NCBI RefSeq assembly: GCF_000143415.4
Contig: NW_003314318.1
Coordinates: forward strand, 434,001 to 498,000
Direction of reading: 5' to 3'
Origin: Selaginella moellendorffii
Taxonomy: Eukaryota > Plantae > Lycopodiophyta
DNA: 64,000 nucleotides
How positions within the stretch are numbered: position 1 is the first letter of the stretch; each line of letters begins with the position of its first letter. The notes under the pieces are model-generated. The model was not told where the DNA came from, did no database searches, and saw nothing but the letters and a program-made list of their open reading frames with translations. The position numbers and the translations under genes are program-made. This document shows, piece by piece, positions 1-12,745 of this stretch.

Positions 1-1011
1 TCTAAAAAATGTTCTTTAGATAAAATAGATTGTAGTTTTCTTCTTTTTTTTTGACTCAAATAAAAAAAAACGAAGCGAAAAAAGGAAGGAATAACTCTAC
101 CACCGTTGAAAGAGGCTTCTTTTGGATGGTCATTCTGAGTAGCTACTGGACAGCTTATAAACTAAAATCCCATGTTCATGAGATCATCAAAGCAATCAAA
201 ATGTGAAATCTAGGACATGCCAACCACTAAGAAAATACTTTTGGCATTCGCACGGATTGAGCCTGGGTATTTCACGTGACAGCGGGAGAGATTCACCACT
301 GTACTGTGAAGATATTATACATCTAAACATGTGCTTAAGCATCTAAGCTCCAGTGGAACACCTCACATGGTGTGCTGTTGGGACAATAACGTTTCGTCCC
401 CGTTTTAAGAAAAACTACGAGAATTGACAAGGTAGAATACTCGGCTTGGAGAATTTTAAGCCTGGAACTTCACATGGAACCCCAGTTGGAATGCCAGCAC
501 CACTCGCCACGAATCTTTAGTCGGAGAAATCTCGTCTTCACTACTTGTATTGAAAATGGATTCTTTGCGCCGGCTAGCAGAGAAATTGGTTCGCTGGGAT
601 TGAAAGCCTGTCACACAACACAAGATACTCTAAGAGTAAACTTTAAGACTTTGAAAACACGAACCTCGAAAAACTGGTGCTACAAATCTCGGAAATCGAT
701 CCATGCCCCGTGGAGCTTTTCGTTGGAGGATCACCTCCCTCGCAGGGAAGTTTTTCCACTGGCTAAGAAAAAGCATATAGAATCCTCTACAGTTTCCCGC
801 AAGAAAAGTTCGATTCCTATGAATCGGTCAGCATCATTAAACAAGCAGGGAGTGAAAAAAGGAGGAGTCCATCGAGGCAAGTAGCAGCAAAGACGACAGT
901 GACGATATAAAAATGGCTGCGGTCTCGCAAAAGAAGTGCCGCACAAAGCAAGCATCAGGATGCAAAGTCGTCTTTGAGAGATACCTGGAGTGATTGGAAG
1001 CTATAGCTTAG

Positions 1012-3250
1012 ATGGCAAGGAATGATAAGATTTCGTCGCACAAGCGTGGCTCGACATCATCATCCTCACTCTCTTCTTCCTCGGCCGCCGCCGCGGCAGC
1101 AGCAGCGGCAGCAGCTGCGGCTTCAACTGGAGCCACTGCAGTCACAGCAGCAAAACGCACTGTCGAATGGTAGCAATTGATCGGAGCTTACTTTGTCTCT
1201 CATTGTGTTCTTGCCTTCCAGGGTAATGACATCAGATGTCCCAACAGATATATCCGTGGAAGTTGCCGGTACGAGCTTTGCACTCCACAAGGTGGGTGAA
1301 TTCATACACGATGGTCCATTATCTCCTATACATTCCAGCACCATTAGCAATCACAGAACTCCCACAAAACTATTGAAGTTTTCTCAAACTTGCCTGTTTA
1401 ATGTGCTAACAGTTCCCACTTGTGTCACGGAGTGGAAGAATACGGAAGCTGGTTGTGGAGACAAGAGACTTAGATCCATCACAAATCAAGTTACTGGAAA
1501 TACCAGGTGGTGCAGAAGTATTCGAGCTGGTAGCCAAGTTTTGCTATGGAATCAACTTCGAGATTACCACTGCAAATGTTGCGGTCTTGAGGTGTGCTGC
1601 TCACTACCTCGAAATGACTGACGATTACGGAGAAGGAAACTTGGTGGTCCGCACCGAGACATACCTCAACGAAGTCGTCATTCAGGATTTCTCTGTATCG
1701 CTAGCTGTATTGCACAACTGTGAGAACCTCGTCCCATTAGCAGAAGAGCTCAAAATTGTGAGCAGATGCGTTGATGCGGTAGCAGCTATAGCCACGGCCT
1801 CGCTACCTTCAAGAGAGCAACTATCTTCAAGCATGGAGTACAACGGCAGCTCGGGATGGATTGACAGCCAAGTTCAAAGCTGTAAAACAGATCACTGGTG
1901 GTCAGAAGATCTGGCAATTCTGAGAATCGACTTCTACCAGCGTACCTTAGCGGCAATGATGTCCAGAGGTTTGCTGCACGAAAGCATTGGAGGAGCGCTG
2001 ATAATCTACGCTCAGAGATACCTCAAAGGCCTCAACATGAAGCCCGTGACTAGTCACAACAAAACGAAACTAGCGCCAGCAGCAACGGCTCACGACTCTG
2101 GTATTCCTTCAATTCTGGAGCAGGAACAACGAGCATTAGTGGAAACACTTACAAGCATGCTACCTTGCGAGAAGAACTCTATAAGCTGCAGCTTCCTCTT
2201 TGGCTTGCTTCGCTCGGCCATAATTCTAGACGCATCCATCAGCTGCCGCATCGAGCTGGAGCAAAGAATAGGAATGCAAATGGATCAGGCAGCACTGGAC
2301 GATCTACTCATACCATCCATGTCCTTCACTTGCGACACCTTGTTCGATGTGGACGTCGTCCAAAGACTGGTGATAAACTTCCTCCAGCACAAGGAGAAGG
2401 AAGACTCTCAAGCCGGCGGCTACGAATCTGAGAGTACCAGTCCCCCGTCACAAAGCGCAGCCATCAAAGTCGCAAAGCTCATAGACAATTACCTCGCGGA
2501 GATTGCTCCCGATACAAACCTCAAGCTCCTCAAGTTCTACGCTCTGGCCGAGCTCGTCCCGGACTACGCAAGAGTTGTCAACGATGGATTGTACCGAGCA
2601 ATCGACATCTATCTCAAGGTGAGTAAAACAACTCAAAGTTTTTTTTAACTTACGTGCTTTGTTCTTCAGTGTGTTCTAACAAGTAAAAAAAAACGTTTTT
2701 CCTCGCTTGTCCGCTTGAACAGGCCCATTCCAACCTTTCGGAGGGAGAAAGAAAAAAAATCTGTAAGCTCATGGACGTCCAGAAGCTATCGCAAGAGGCG
2801 TGCTCTCACGCAGCGCAAAACGAGAGATTACCTGTTCAGGTGGTCGTCCAGGTGCTCTACTTCGAGCAAGTGAGGCTCCGGGCAGCGATGGCGGCGTCCA
2901 TGATGGAGGGAGACAACCTTGGGCATTTCCACCACAAGCTTGGCAGCGGTGCCCTCAGCGCCGCCATCTCGCCCAGAGATCACTACGCGTCAATCCGGAG
3001 GGAGAATCGCGAGCTCAAGCTGGAAGTCGCGAGGATGAGAATGCGGCTTACCGAGCTGGAGAAGGAGCACGTATGCATGAAGCAGGAGATGGAGAAAACG
3101 AGCTCCACGGCGCACAACTTCCTACATTCCGTGTCGAGGAGGCTGAGCCGATTGAATCCTTTCGGATCGAGGAATCAATCGCACGTCGCGGCGCCCCAGA
3201 CGCCGGATTCGCGCGTCTCCAGCCGGAGGAGACGCCATTCCATCTCGTGA
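1012..3250 (+). CDS. BTB/POZ-NPH3 (NRL family) protein; exons 1012-1169, 1222-1291, 1413-2618, 2723-3250
   Basis: Spliced frames give the BTB domain ([40 protein letters not shown]) and NPH3 domain ([23 protein letters not shown]), a coiled coil and a C-terminal RRRRHSIS motif; GT-AG introns keep the frame. Confidence 0.93.
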
Positions 3251-3288
3251 ATGTAAAACCCTAGAACACTGCCCCCAAAATTTTCAAA

Positions 3289-3544
3289 TTCTAGGGCTCT
3301 TTTAGAATCCCTCTCTTCTCTTTCGGATCAGTGCGCATTGCGGGATCAATCTGAGCAGCATTTCTACTCCATAGCTCTTGTTTGTGTGGATTTTACAGCG
3401 CTTTTCGGCGATCTGGCCCCCTAGATCGTCAAGAAAAGGGAAGAGCTCATTCTAGGGCTTCTCTTTCGGATCAATGCAGCATCTAGCTCTTCTTTCTGTG
3501 GATTTTACAGCGCTTTTGGAAGATCTGGCCACTAGATCCTCAAG
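3289..3544. repeat. Imperfect direct duplication downstream of the NPH3-family gene (about 3289-3433 and 3450-3544)
   Basis: TTCTAGGGCT...TCTCTTTCGGATCA...GTGGATTTTACAGCGCTTTT...GATCTGGCC.CTAGATC.TCAAG occurs twice. Confidence 0.75.
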
Positions 3545-4171
3545 AGGAATGGTCTTGGACAAAAGATCTATCGCGGCCGTATCGAGAGGAACATCATAAA
3601 CGATGAAAGGAGTTATCCACGAGGCGGTAAAAAAACTCTTTTCTTTCTTTCGTAGTTCCTGTTCTTACAAGTAGCACACCCTTGCAGCAAAGAGTGGTGA
3701 AACTCAGGTAAAAAACATCTCTGTGCTTTTATGTCTCAGGTGAATCTCAAAGCCAAACTTCTTTTAACGTCTCCCTGTAGGAATCTCGCAGAGAAGAAAG
3801 CAGCGAGCGAGTTTCAGCGCGATTGTTCTTCTTAAGAACAGTCGACTCTCGTTTTTTTCTTCCTCCATGAAAACTTCGCACGGAGTCTTTGCTGGTCATT
3901 ATCCGAATTTCCGAAAGATCTATCACAACACAGCAAATGGAGGGATATGCTCGGCCGGTAATTGCTTGTCTTTATTTTCTCCCTTGTGCTCCAGTGTTCT
4001 CACTGGATTGTTTTTTCCTCTCCAGCTTAACGACAAGATTAGCAGCATCTTAGTCCTCCACTGTTTGGAGCTGTGCTTCCTTATATGTATCCAATCCAGC
4101 CGCGCATGGAGAGGTAAAACACTCGCCCTGTGTTTTCAATCCTTTTTTTTAGTTCCTCGCAAGCGCACAGG

Positions 4172-5103
4172 ATGCAAAATCAAAACAATCACTTTGATGT
4201 GATGCCGGAAGTCATTCTTCCGGGATTCAGGTTCCATCCCACTGACGAGGAGCTCGTTGGGTTTTATCTCCACCGGAAAGTCCAGCACAAAACTCTGCCG
4301 TTCGAGGTGATCACGCAGCTGGACATTTACAAGTATGATCCATGGGATCTCCCACGTAAGTTTGCTTTCTCGTTCGGGTTTGTCGGTGATACTAACTTGG
4401 TTTTTTCTTCTTTTGTTCTTGCCAGACATGGCGGTCTCTGGAGAGAACGTCTGGTATTTCTTCTGCTTGAGGGATCAAAAGTATCGAAACAGCACGCGGC
4501 CGAACAGAGTGACCAAGGGGGGATTCTGGAAAGCAACGGGCCCGGACCGTGCCATCTACACGAGCGACGGATCCAAATGCATTGGCCTCAAGAAATCTCT
4601 GGTTTTCTACAAAGGCAAAGCTGCCAAAGGCACCAAGACCGACTGGGTGATGCACGAGTTCCGACTTCCAGTCCTTGGTTCTACCAAGGATCCATCCAAA
4701 AAACGCCCTCCAGTCTTTGAGGTACTGGAAAGTTCTCTTCTCTCTCTTTTTTAAGCTAGTTCACTGATCACTGGCATCGTTCTTCCAGGAATCCTGGGCT
4801 GTTTGTCGCATTTTCAAGAAGCGCTCCATGGTGAGACGAGCTCCATCAAACTCCTGGACCCCGGATCTCCCCGCAACAGACAAGCCATCGCTCGAGTCTC
4901 CATCGATTCCACAGCAACAGCAGCTCAACGCGATCAAGACTGTGCTTGTTCCACTTCCAAGCCTGGATTGCGAGAGTTTCATGGACACGACCAATCCTTT
5001 GGTCGATAGCGAGGAGAGCCCATCGTGCTCGACGTTTGGATCCAGTGCTTCTTCCTCGTCTTCGTGGGAATTGTCCGCTCTTATGGACTTGGTAGCTTCA
5101 TAG
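4172..5103 (+). CDS. NAC transcription factor, FEZ/ANAC009-like; exons 4172-4355, 4426-4721, 4789-5103
   Basis: [80 protein letters not shown]; canonical 3-exon NAC layout; start codon less certain. Confidence 0.9.
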
Positions 5104-5274
5104 CTTGCCACATCCATCCATCATAGTGTACATTCTATACTTTAAAAGCACGCTTTTCCTTTGCCCTTTAGTCGACCTTTATGTTAAAAAGTGCCAAAAC
5201 CTTCCCCTGTTTCTAGGGCTAGGGTTTTGCAGCTTCTTCCAAGTTCTTTCAGGGGGGGACTCTTTCTTGCGGCT

Positions 5275-8184
5275 ATGGTCGGGAGTGGAAGCCCTGAGAT
5301 TCAATCCGCCGGGATCTCGTCATCAGACGACGACGAGGATTCCACGGCTGGGGTGGATTATCTGCGCCGGCGGCTCAAGCGATTGATCTCCAGGCACGAT
5401 TCCTTGGAGGAGGAGGCCGCGTATTTTCCATGGATGCATTCTCACAATCAGGTCAGTCGCGGATTTCGAATCTATAGCTGCCGCATTTCCTGATCGATGC
5501 GCCTGCGGCATTTGCAGTCTAGCTCTGGATTGCTGCTCTTCAAGCTCGCATTCCAATCGATTGGAGTCGTCTATGGCGACCTTGGGACGTCGCCATTGTA
5601 CGTCTTTAGCAGCACTTTCACTGGCGGGCATATCCCAAATCCGGAGAAGGATATCGTCGGGGCCTTGTCGCTTATTCTCTACACCTTGCTTCTCATCCCG
5701 CTTTGCAAATACGTGCTTGTGGTGCTGCGAGCAAACGACAATGGCGAAGGTAAGCGTGAACAGTTCTTCCAGAGATTCTAAAAGAAATTTCTGTGTTCGT
5801 TCTCGTATTTTCAGGTGGTACCTTTGCACTGTACTCTTTGATCTCTCGGTATGCCAAAATCAGCGTGGTTCATCCCACAGATCGTCAGCTCTCGACTTAT
5901 AAGTTGCAAGTTCCTAGCAAAGAGCTGGAACGGGCCCTGTGGATCAAAGAGAAGCTCGAGAACAGTGGGCTTCTGAAGAACTTACTGCTCCTTATCACGT
6001 TAATTGGAACCTGTATGATCATAGGAGATGGAACACTTACACCAGCGATCTCGGGTACGTTTTCTTTGCTGGTAATTACAGACGGGATTGCTTTCTCTGT
6101 TTTTGTTTGCTTTAGTTCTATCTGCTATCAGTGGTCTGAAAGTGGCAGTACCAACTATGGACCAAAGTAATAATTTCTCCACAATGCTTTTATGTTTGGC
6201 ATTAATTCTTTCTTTCGTGCCTGCAGATGTCGTTGTTATTGTTTCCATTGTGGTCCTGGTTATCCTCTTCAGCTTGCAGCGTTTTGGAACGTCAAAAGTG
6301 GCGTTTCTTTTTGCCCCTGCTCTGCTGTTGTGGTTTCTTACAATTGGTGTCATTGGACTCTACAATTTGAGCAGAGGAGACATGAGGGTCTTCCAAGCTC
6401 TCAATCCGTGGCACATCTATCTCTACTTTAAGAGGAACGGGAAGGTTGCATGGATATCTTTGGGAGGAATTGTCTTGTGCATTACAGGTAGCCATAATTG
6501 TGTTTGCCAAGACGTTCTGTTTTGATTCGGTTCTCCTGTAGGAACCGAAGCTATGTTTGCTGATCTTGGCCACTTTTCTGTGAAATCTATTCAGGTCTCA
6601 GGGCACGGAATGGCCTTTTCTGGGATGTATTCAGAAAGCCTCAGTGTTTACTGTATCTTTCAGTTTATACTAAAGCCGGAACTAAGTTGTCTTCTTTTTG
6701 TGCAGATTGCGTTTACAACAGTGGTGCTTCCGTGTTTGCTTTTAGCCTACGGTGGACAGGCTTCGTATCTTATAAGAAATCCCGAACATGTGGGCGAGGC
6801 ATTTTACAAATCGATTCCTGGTATACACGTGTTGTTTTCGTAGAGTGTAGTATTGACGAACATTTTTTTTTTCTTTTTTGAAGGTCCAATCTTCTGGCCT
6901 GTATTCGTAATAGCAACTATGGCTGCTGTTATTGCCAGCCAGGCTATGATATCAGCAAGTTTCTCCGTTATGAAGATGGCAGAATCAATGGGATGTTTTC
7001 CTCGGGTGCATATTCTTCACACGTCAAAGCGGTTTCCAGGGCAGATTTATATACCTGAGATAAACTGGCTTATCATGATCCTGACTGTAGCTCTCACGGC
7101 AGGATTCAAGGACACGACTCAACTTGGAAACGCATATGGTAAGTTCGTTTTTCTTGTATGAATTTGCCTTGCCAAACGCATACTTTCTCCAGGTATTGCC
7201 GTGGTTGCCACGATGTGCGTCACAACTTCTTTGGTCACTCTCATCATGTTAATGATCTGGCAGATCAATGTCCTCGTAGCACTGGGTTTTTTCCTTCTGT
7301 TCGGAACCATTGAGCTGGCGTACTTGTCATCTGTTCTTTTCAAAGTCACGGAAGGTGGATGGGTTCCACTAGTTCTCGCAGCCGGTCTCCTCTTCGTCAT
7401 GTACATATGGCACTACGGCACGAAGATGAAGCACAAGTACGAAGTGAGGCACAAGCTTCCAATGGACTGGATATCTCAGCTGGGCTCCAATCTCGGGACA
7501 GTCAGGGTGGCCGGCTTGGGACTGGTGTACAACGAGCTCGTCCATGGCGTCCCGGGGATTTTCCACAGGTTTATCACTTACCTCCCTGCAATTCACTCGG
7601 TGCTGGTGTTTGTCTGCATCAGATACGTGCCAGTCGCGACGGTTCCTCGCGACGAAAGGATAGTGGTGAGGCGTATCGGCCCCAAGAGCTATCACATGTA
7701 CAGGTGCATCGTGAGGTATGGATACAGGGACATGCGAACCGAGACGGCGTGGCTATTCGAGCAACTGCTGGTGGAGTGCCTGGAGAACTTTATCCGCCGC
7801 GAGGCTCGGGAGGAGGCTTTGGAACGAGCAGAGAATGCCGCCGCCGCCGCCAACAACGAGAGCTTGTGCACGCCGCTTCTGCTGAGAAGGGTGGAGTCCG
7901 GGGAGTTCGAGGAGGACTTGATGGTGGCGGACAACGACGAGGAGGCTGGCTCGTCCGTGAGCGAGGACGATTCTCTGGCGTTGCTGAGGAAGTGCCGAGA
8001 GACCGGGATCGTCTACTTACTCGGCCACGGCGACGTGAGAGCTCGAAAGGACTCGTTTTTCCTTAAGAAGCTTGTCATCAATTACTTCTACGCGTTCCTC
8101 CGGAGGAACTGCAAGCAGAGAGCCGAGACGCTCAACATTCCGCCCGGCCAGCTGCTGAGGATTGGGATGACTTATTTCGTATAA
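5275..8184 (+). CDS. KUP/HAK/KT potassium transporter (multi-exon)
   Basis: [67 protein letters not shown]-terminal LRIGMTYFV; GT-AG introns. Confidence 0.94.
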
Positions 8185-8372
8185 GGTAAAACGTTTGATA
8201 TCGCGCAGAGCTTGTATAATGTATACTAACATTGCGGTTGCGGTTCCCTCGGTTTTAAAAAGGTGGCAGAGATGCAACTCTAAATGGCTTGCACATAACC
8301 AAAGGTAGAAGCATTAAGAGTAAGTACCTTTTTGTCGAAAAAGGGAAGTTCTCATGTATATATTTTACAGTA

Positions 8373-9308
8373 ATGGGGCGGAGGAGGAAGACAACGATGG
8401 CTTTGCCACAAGAGGTTGTGGAGGAGATACTGCTCAAGCTGCCCTACTCGTCGCTCTTGGCTGCCAAGTGCGTTTGCAAGGCGTGGAAAGCAGCGATGGA
8501 CAGCTCCAGCTTCAAGAGCAGCTACAGGGACAGTGCTAAGTTCTTCACGAAGGACAACTGCTTCGTGGACAGCAGCGGCAAGATGATGCGATGGGCGCCA
8601 CGCGGTGATGGTCCGCAGCCCGACTGCCTGTGCGCGGTCTCGGAGGACAAGCGTTTCATGCTGGCCTGCTCCACACTCCAGAGGAGGCTGTACCTTGGGA
8701 ATCCTTTCCTCAACCAGTGGGAAGAGATTCCGTTCGTGCTTTCGAGTGACTGGTCCAGGGCTTACATCTTCAACAGCAAGATCGTGGTGTGGGGCTTGGA
8801 AACTTTCACCTTCACACGCGGGGACAAAGATTGGTTCAGATTAGAAGAAGCCAAATACTCGGTAAACCCTGTGGTGATAGACAACAAGATGTTTTACATG
8901 AATCTTCTACGCACGAGAGTGACCGAGTTTGACACCACAACTAATAGCTTTTCCTATCGCGCCTTGCCCGGTGATGGCAGGAATCATCTCGTCTCTTGGA
9001 AATCCAAGCTCTATCTAGTGAATGTTAGTGCCCGCGAGCGTAAGGTCCAGATCTTGGAGTTTGATTTGAAAGTCGAAGAGTTTAACTTGAAACCTGGTGT
9101 GGTGAGCGAGTATGTGATCGATTTTGGTGATCTCAGGTTCACTGGTCAAGCTGGGAGCTACCTGAATTTTTGCTCCCACAAGATGAAGACCTACGTCTCC
9201 TACGACATGGATGCCGGGACTTGGGACAAGAACATCTACCGGCCTTTCTCGACACTTCTGCAAATACAGATATCGCTTGATTGGTCCAATGCTTGGTCAA
9301 TAAGTTAA
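8373..9308 (+). CDS. Intronless F-box protein
   Basis: N-terminal LPQEVVEEILLKLPYSSLLAAKCVCKAW F-box consensus, followed by a beta-rich region (LYLGNPFLNQWEEIP, HLVSWKSKLYLV). Confidence 0.85.
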   Translation: MGRRRKTTMALPQEVVEEILLKLPYSSLLAAKCVCKAWKAAMDSSSFKSSYRDSAKFFTKDNCFVDSSGKMMRWAPRGDGPQPDCLCAVSEDKRFMLACSTLQRRLYLGNPFLNQWEEIPFVLSSDWSRAYIFNSKIVVWGLETFTFTRGDKDWFRLEEAKYSVNPVVIDNKMFYMNLLRTRVTEFDTTTNSFSYRALPGDGRNHLVSWKSKLYLVNVSARERKVQILEFDLKVEEFNLKPGVVSEYVIDFGDLRFTGQAGSYLNFCSHKMKTYVSYDMDAGTWDKNIYRPFSTLLQIQISLDWSNAWSIS

Positions 9309-9410
9309 ATCTAAGAGTCCCTGTGATATTTCGGCTGGATGGCGAGAGAGAAGTAGTGAAGGAGATCTTATAATCGAGATAACTACTGTGCTCTTGTAAC
9401 TTGATTCATA

Positions 9411-9700
9411 TCTTCACAGTTTACGATTATTTCTTACGCATGTCTCACCATCCTTGATGGATGTTTCCATGGAGCACATGAATCCTGATCTACCCATTTG
9501 TGTTCCACCCCAGGAACTCGTGCTGCTTGTGCGAAAAGTTCTTCACGTAGTGGCTGGTTCTTTGAGAACTTGAAGGATCCCGTTTCTTTTGTGGCTTGTC
9601 AAACTCCGAGCCTTTGTCCAGCTCCACACCGTTTGGCAATTCCGGCGATGGACACTGCCGCTGGAGATGACAGGTATCTGGCGGCTTGCCAGTTTTTGTA
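9411..9700 (-). pseudogene. Deletion-riddled remnant of the class III peroxidase last exon and 3' flank
   Basis: Blocks such as CAAACTCCGAGCCTTTGTCCAGCTCCACAC and GCTTGCCAGTTTT match 22775-23176; second copy at about 26575-26842. Confidence 0.8.
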
Positions 9701-10236
9701 TGAGATACACTGGCTTATCATGATCCTGACTGTAGCTCAACTTAAATTGCGACACAAAGCTACTGGAATTGTAACTTGCTTCCTTCCACGATTTGCTTCT
9801 CACACAGGGTAGTAACTCATTTCGTGAAGAGGTGCTAATCATGTTACTTCTAGTCTTGGCTACTTCTTTTGTTTCCCATCAAGCCTCTGAAGAAAACACA
9901 AAAACTGTTTTTTCTGAATCAGCAAAGTTTAAATGCTACAAACAGTCAGTATATGATCTTTCTAGCTTGCACTTACACCATCAATCGGTGTAGAAAGTTG
10001 TGTATGACCAGACAAAGCTCCGGAACCACCAGTGACCTCTGTTTTGTAATATATCTCCGCTCACTTCTTGCCTTGATGACGTTAGAGCCACCTTCTCTCC
10101 AGCCTGCCACCAAAGTTCTATCACTCCCTGAGCATCACGGAGTGTTAAGCCACCGGCTTCAAGTTTTGATCCATGCCTGCGGCAACATGATCCCGTCCAC
10201 TGCACGTCCTGATGCATTTGCATCGAAAGCTGGAAC

Positions 10237-12261
10237 TCAGTGAGGCAGGAGCTCTCTCTTCCTCCTCCCCCACCTCCTCCTGATCACCGAGAGGAAGTAG
10301 AGAACGACGAGGAACAGCAGCGCAACCAGCAGCCCGGCAAGGATTGGAAGAAGCAGCGGGGTTGCTGCCACAGCCGTCGCTTGCAAGTTGAGATCATTGG
10401 AGGAAGCCAGCTGAAGATACGCATTGCTGCTGCTGCCGCCACCTTCACCTTCCAATAGCGAGTTCAGGAAGGCATCACTGCTGCTAATGCCTTCTCCTTC
10501 AAATAATTCGATGAAATCACTGGCACTGCCGCTGCTGCTGCCCACCCCGACGTCATCCACTAAACTCTGAGAGCTCGATATTGAAGTCTCTTTGGCTTCT
10601 TGAAACGTTTCGGTGTTGATCCTCTTGGCCTTCCCACCATCCTCGCCCAAGCTTCGAGGGAACCACCGCCACATAAAAGGTGGTGACGATGCTGGTGGTG
10701 GTGAAGCATTGCTACTAGCTTCCTTAGTGTCACCACTGCCGCCAGCCAGTAACTTCTGAGATGGAAATCCTGTGGCTGCATGGGACTTTAGCACCTGTTC
10801 AAATTCAATCTTAGTACGAATATATCTGATTCCTGTCAGCAGAGGCATACCTTGTCAGATGACTCCTCGGCCATTGCTGCTGCTGCTGCAAGTTCTTCAC
10901 TGTTCTTGTATGGAAGCCTCCTGTGCATTCCCACGCCATTGCCTCGCAAGCTCCGCCAAAAGACTGAAGCTGGTGTCGATGAAACATCAGCTTGCCTCAA
11001 CAACTTTCGAGATCCTGCTGCCGCATGAGACTTTAGCACCTGTTCAGTGTAGATCTTAGTACGAATACATATCTGATTCCTGTCAACAGAGACATACCTT
11101 GTAGGATGACTCCTCGTCCATTGCTGCCATAAGTTCTTGTCCTTCACTATTCTTGTCTGGAGGCCTCCTGTGCTTTCTCACGCTGCTGGTGCCATCGCCT
11201 CTCAACCTCTGCCAAAAGACTGAAGCTGGTGGTGATGAAACACCACCTTGTTCTTCCTCATTTTGTTGAGCGCTCAGTGGAGCTATGCAGCGATCCACCC
11301 AGCGGAACAGAGAAGGTCCATTCTCGTTGGAGACGAAGATAGGAGGACCTGGCGCTGCTTCCAGAAGCATCCGTCGGGAACTGGTAACTGGAACTCGATG
11401 CCACCCCAGGAAGTTTTTGAGTTCTTCCCATAATTCCTGGGACGTCACCTCGTCCTCCTCCAAGCCCGCGTTCAAAAGCCTACTCCACATTTCTTCCTTT
11501 ATCGACTGAAGACTTGTCGGTAGCTTCCAAGTCCACTCTCCAACTAGCTTCTTAAGTTCCTCCACCTCTAGATCTAAATCGGCTCTGGACGGTAGCCGCA
11601 CCGACGGGAATGTCCAGGTCCGAAAGAAGCTCTCGATATCCTCCCAGCTCAGGTTGTCGTCGTCGTCGTCGATTGCAAGCGTCTTGCCACCGAGAGGAGT
11701 ATACCGAACTGAATCCTCAGCGCCAACCATGACCGCCTCTAGCTGCAAGAAAAGGTTGGTGCGGTTCCAGGCAAACCATCTAAGCTCTCGAGTTACCTCT
11801 TGCGAATCATGGTTGTCATCCTCGAGTACAGGTAATGGTGGTGGATCGTACTCGGGAACACTTGATGCTGCCGCCGCCTCGAGCTGCGAGGGTGGTGCTG
11901 GCAAGGACGAATCCTCCAGCTCGATTGGAGCAACCGACTGCAAGAGAAGATTAACTACATCTGGAGTTACCTCTTGCACGTCATGCTCGTCATCCTCCTC
12001 AAGTACAGGAGCATCATACTCGGGAACACTTGATGCTGGTGGGTCAATCACTGCCTCGAGCTGCGAGGGCAGTGCTGGGAAATCCTCCGCTTCCTTGTCC
12101 GCTGTTGCTGCAGGAGTCTGCCCGCACGCGAAAAATGTCAAGGAACAAGAAAAAATGACAGAAACGAGCGAGCTGTACACCTCAAGGAGGAGGATCTTCA
12201 ATCCGCTTGCCTGTGCTGGAGCGCGTCGCAACCAGGAGAACGCCAATGCTAGAGCTTCCAT
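10237..12261 (-). CDS. Orphan single-pass membrane protein, copy 1 (~615 aa); exons 12261-12181, 12117-11098, 11039-10851, 10794-10237
   Basis: Three phase-0 GT-AG introns join the long ORFs; C-terminal hydrophobic helix LLLPILAGLLVALLFLVVLYFLSVI followed by RRRWGRRKR; frame preserved in the duplicate; no recognisable domain. Confidence 0.7.
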
Positions 12262-12745
12262 CGCCGCCAATATAATAGGGCAGGGTTACTATGTAAAGTA
12301 TCGATTTAGAAGATCGTGAGAGACAAGGAATATTATCGAAGGAATATATGTAAAGAGATTTGCTTGGATCTTGCGAATCTGAGGATCATCTTTCAACCGC
12401 CTACTGCTAATCTTAAGAAAACCTCATTTCTTGTTTCATCAAAAACGTCACCAAAGGAGAGAAGAACCGCAAAAATCACTAGGCATGCCTCGAATTTTTC
12501 CAAAAGTGCAACTGAAGATTGCTCTTCCTTGCCTTTCCATGGATGAGACCTTGGTATACGTCGCCATTTGCACAGTGAAACGTATTGCTCTTGTACTGAA
12601 GATCGTCCATCGACCTTGGAAACGTAGAATCACGACGAGAAGAGAAGAAGGGATTTACGATCGTTACTTCATTCATTTTCGGTTGTCCTCGTCCACAACA
12701 TCCTTTATAGAAACCATCTTCACCGATGGAGAAGGACTTCGCACG

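Noticed and set aside
474-955. ORFs upstream of the NPH3-family gene
   Set aside because: No recognisable motifs; likely promoter or 5' region
9981-10223. 80-aa minus-strand ORF after the orphan gene
   Set aside because: Frame not preserved in the duplicate (about 27130-27380); probably 3' UTR
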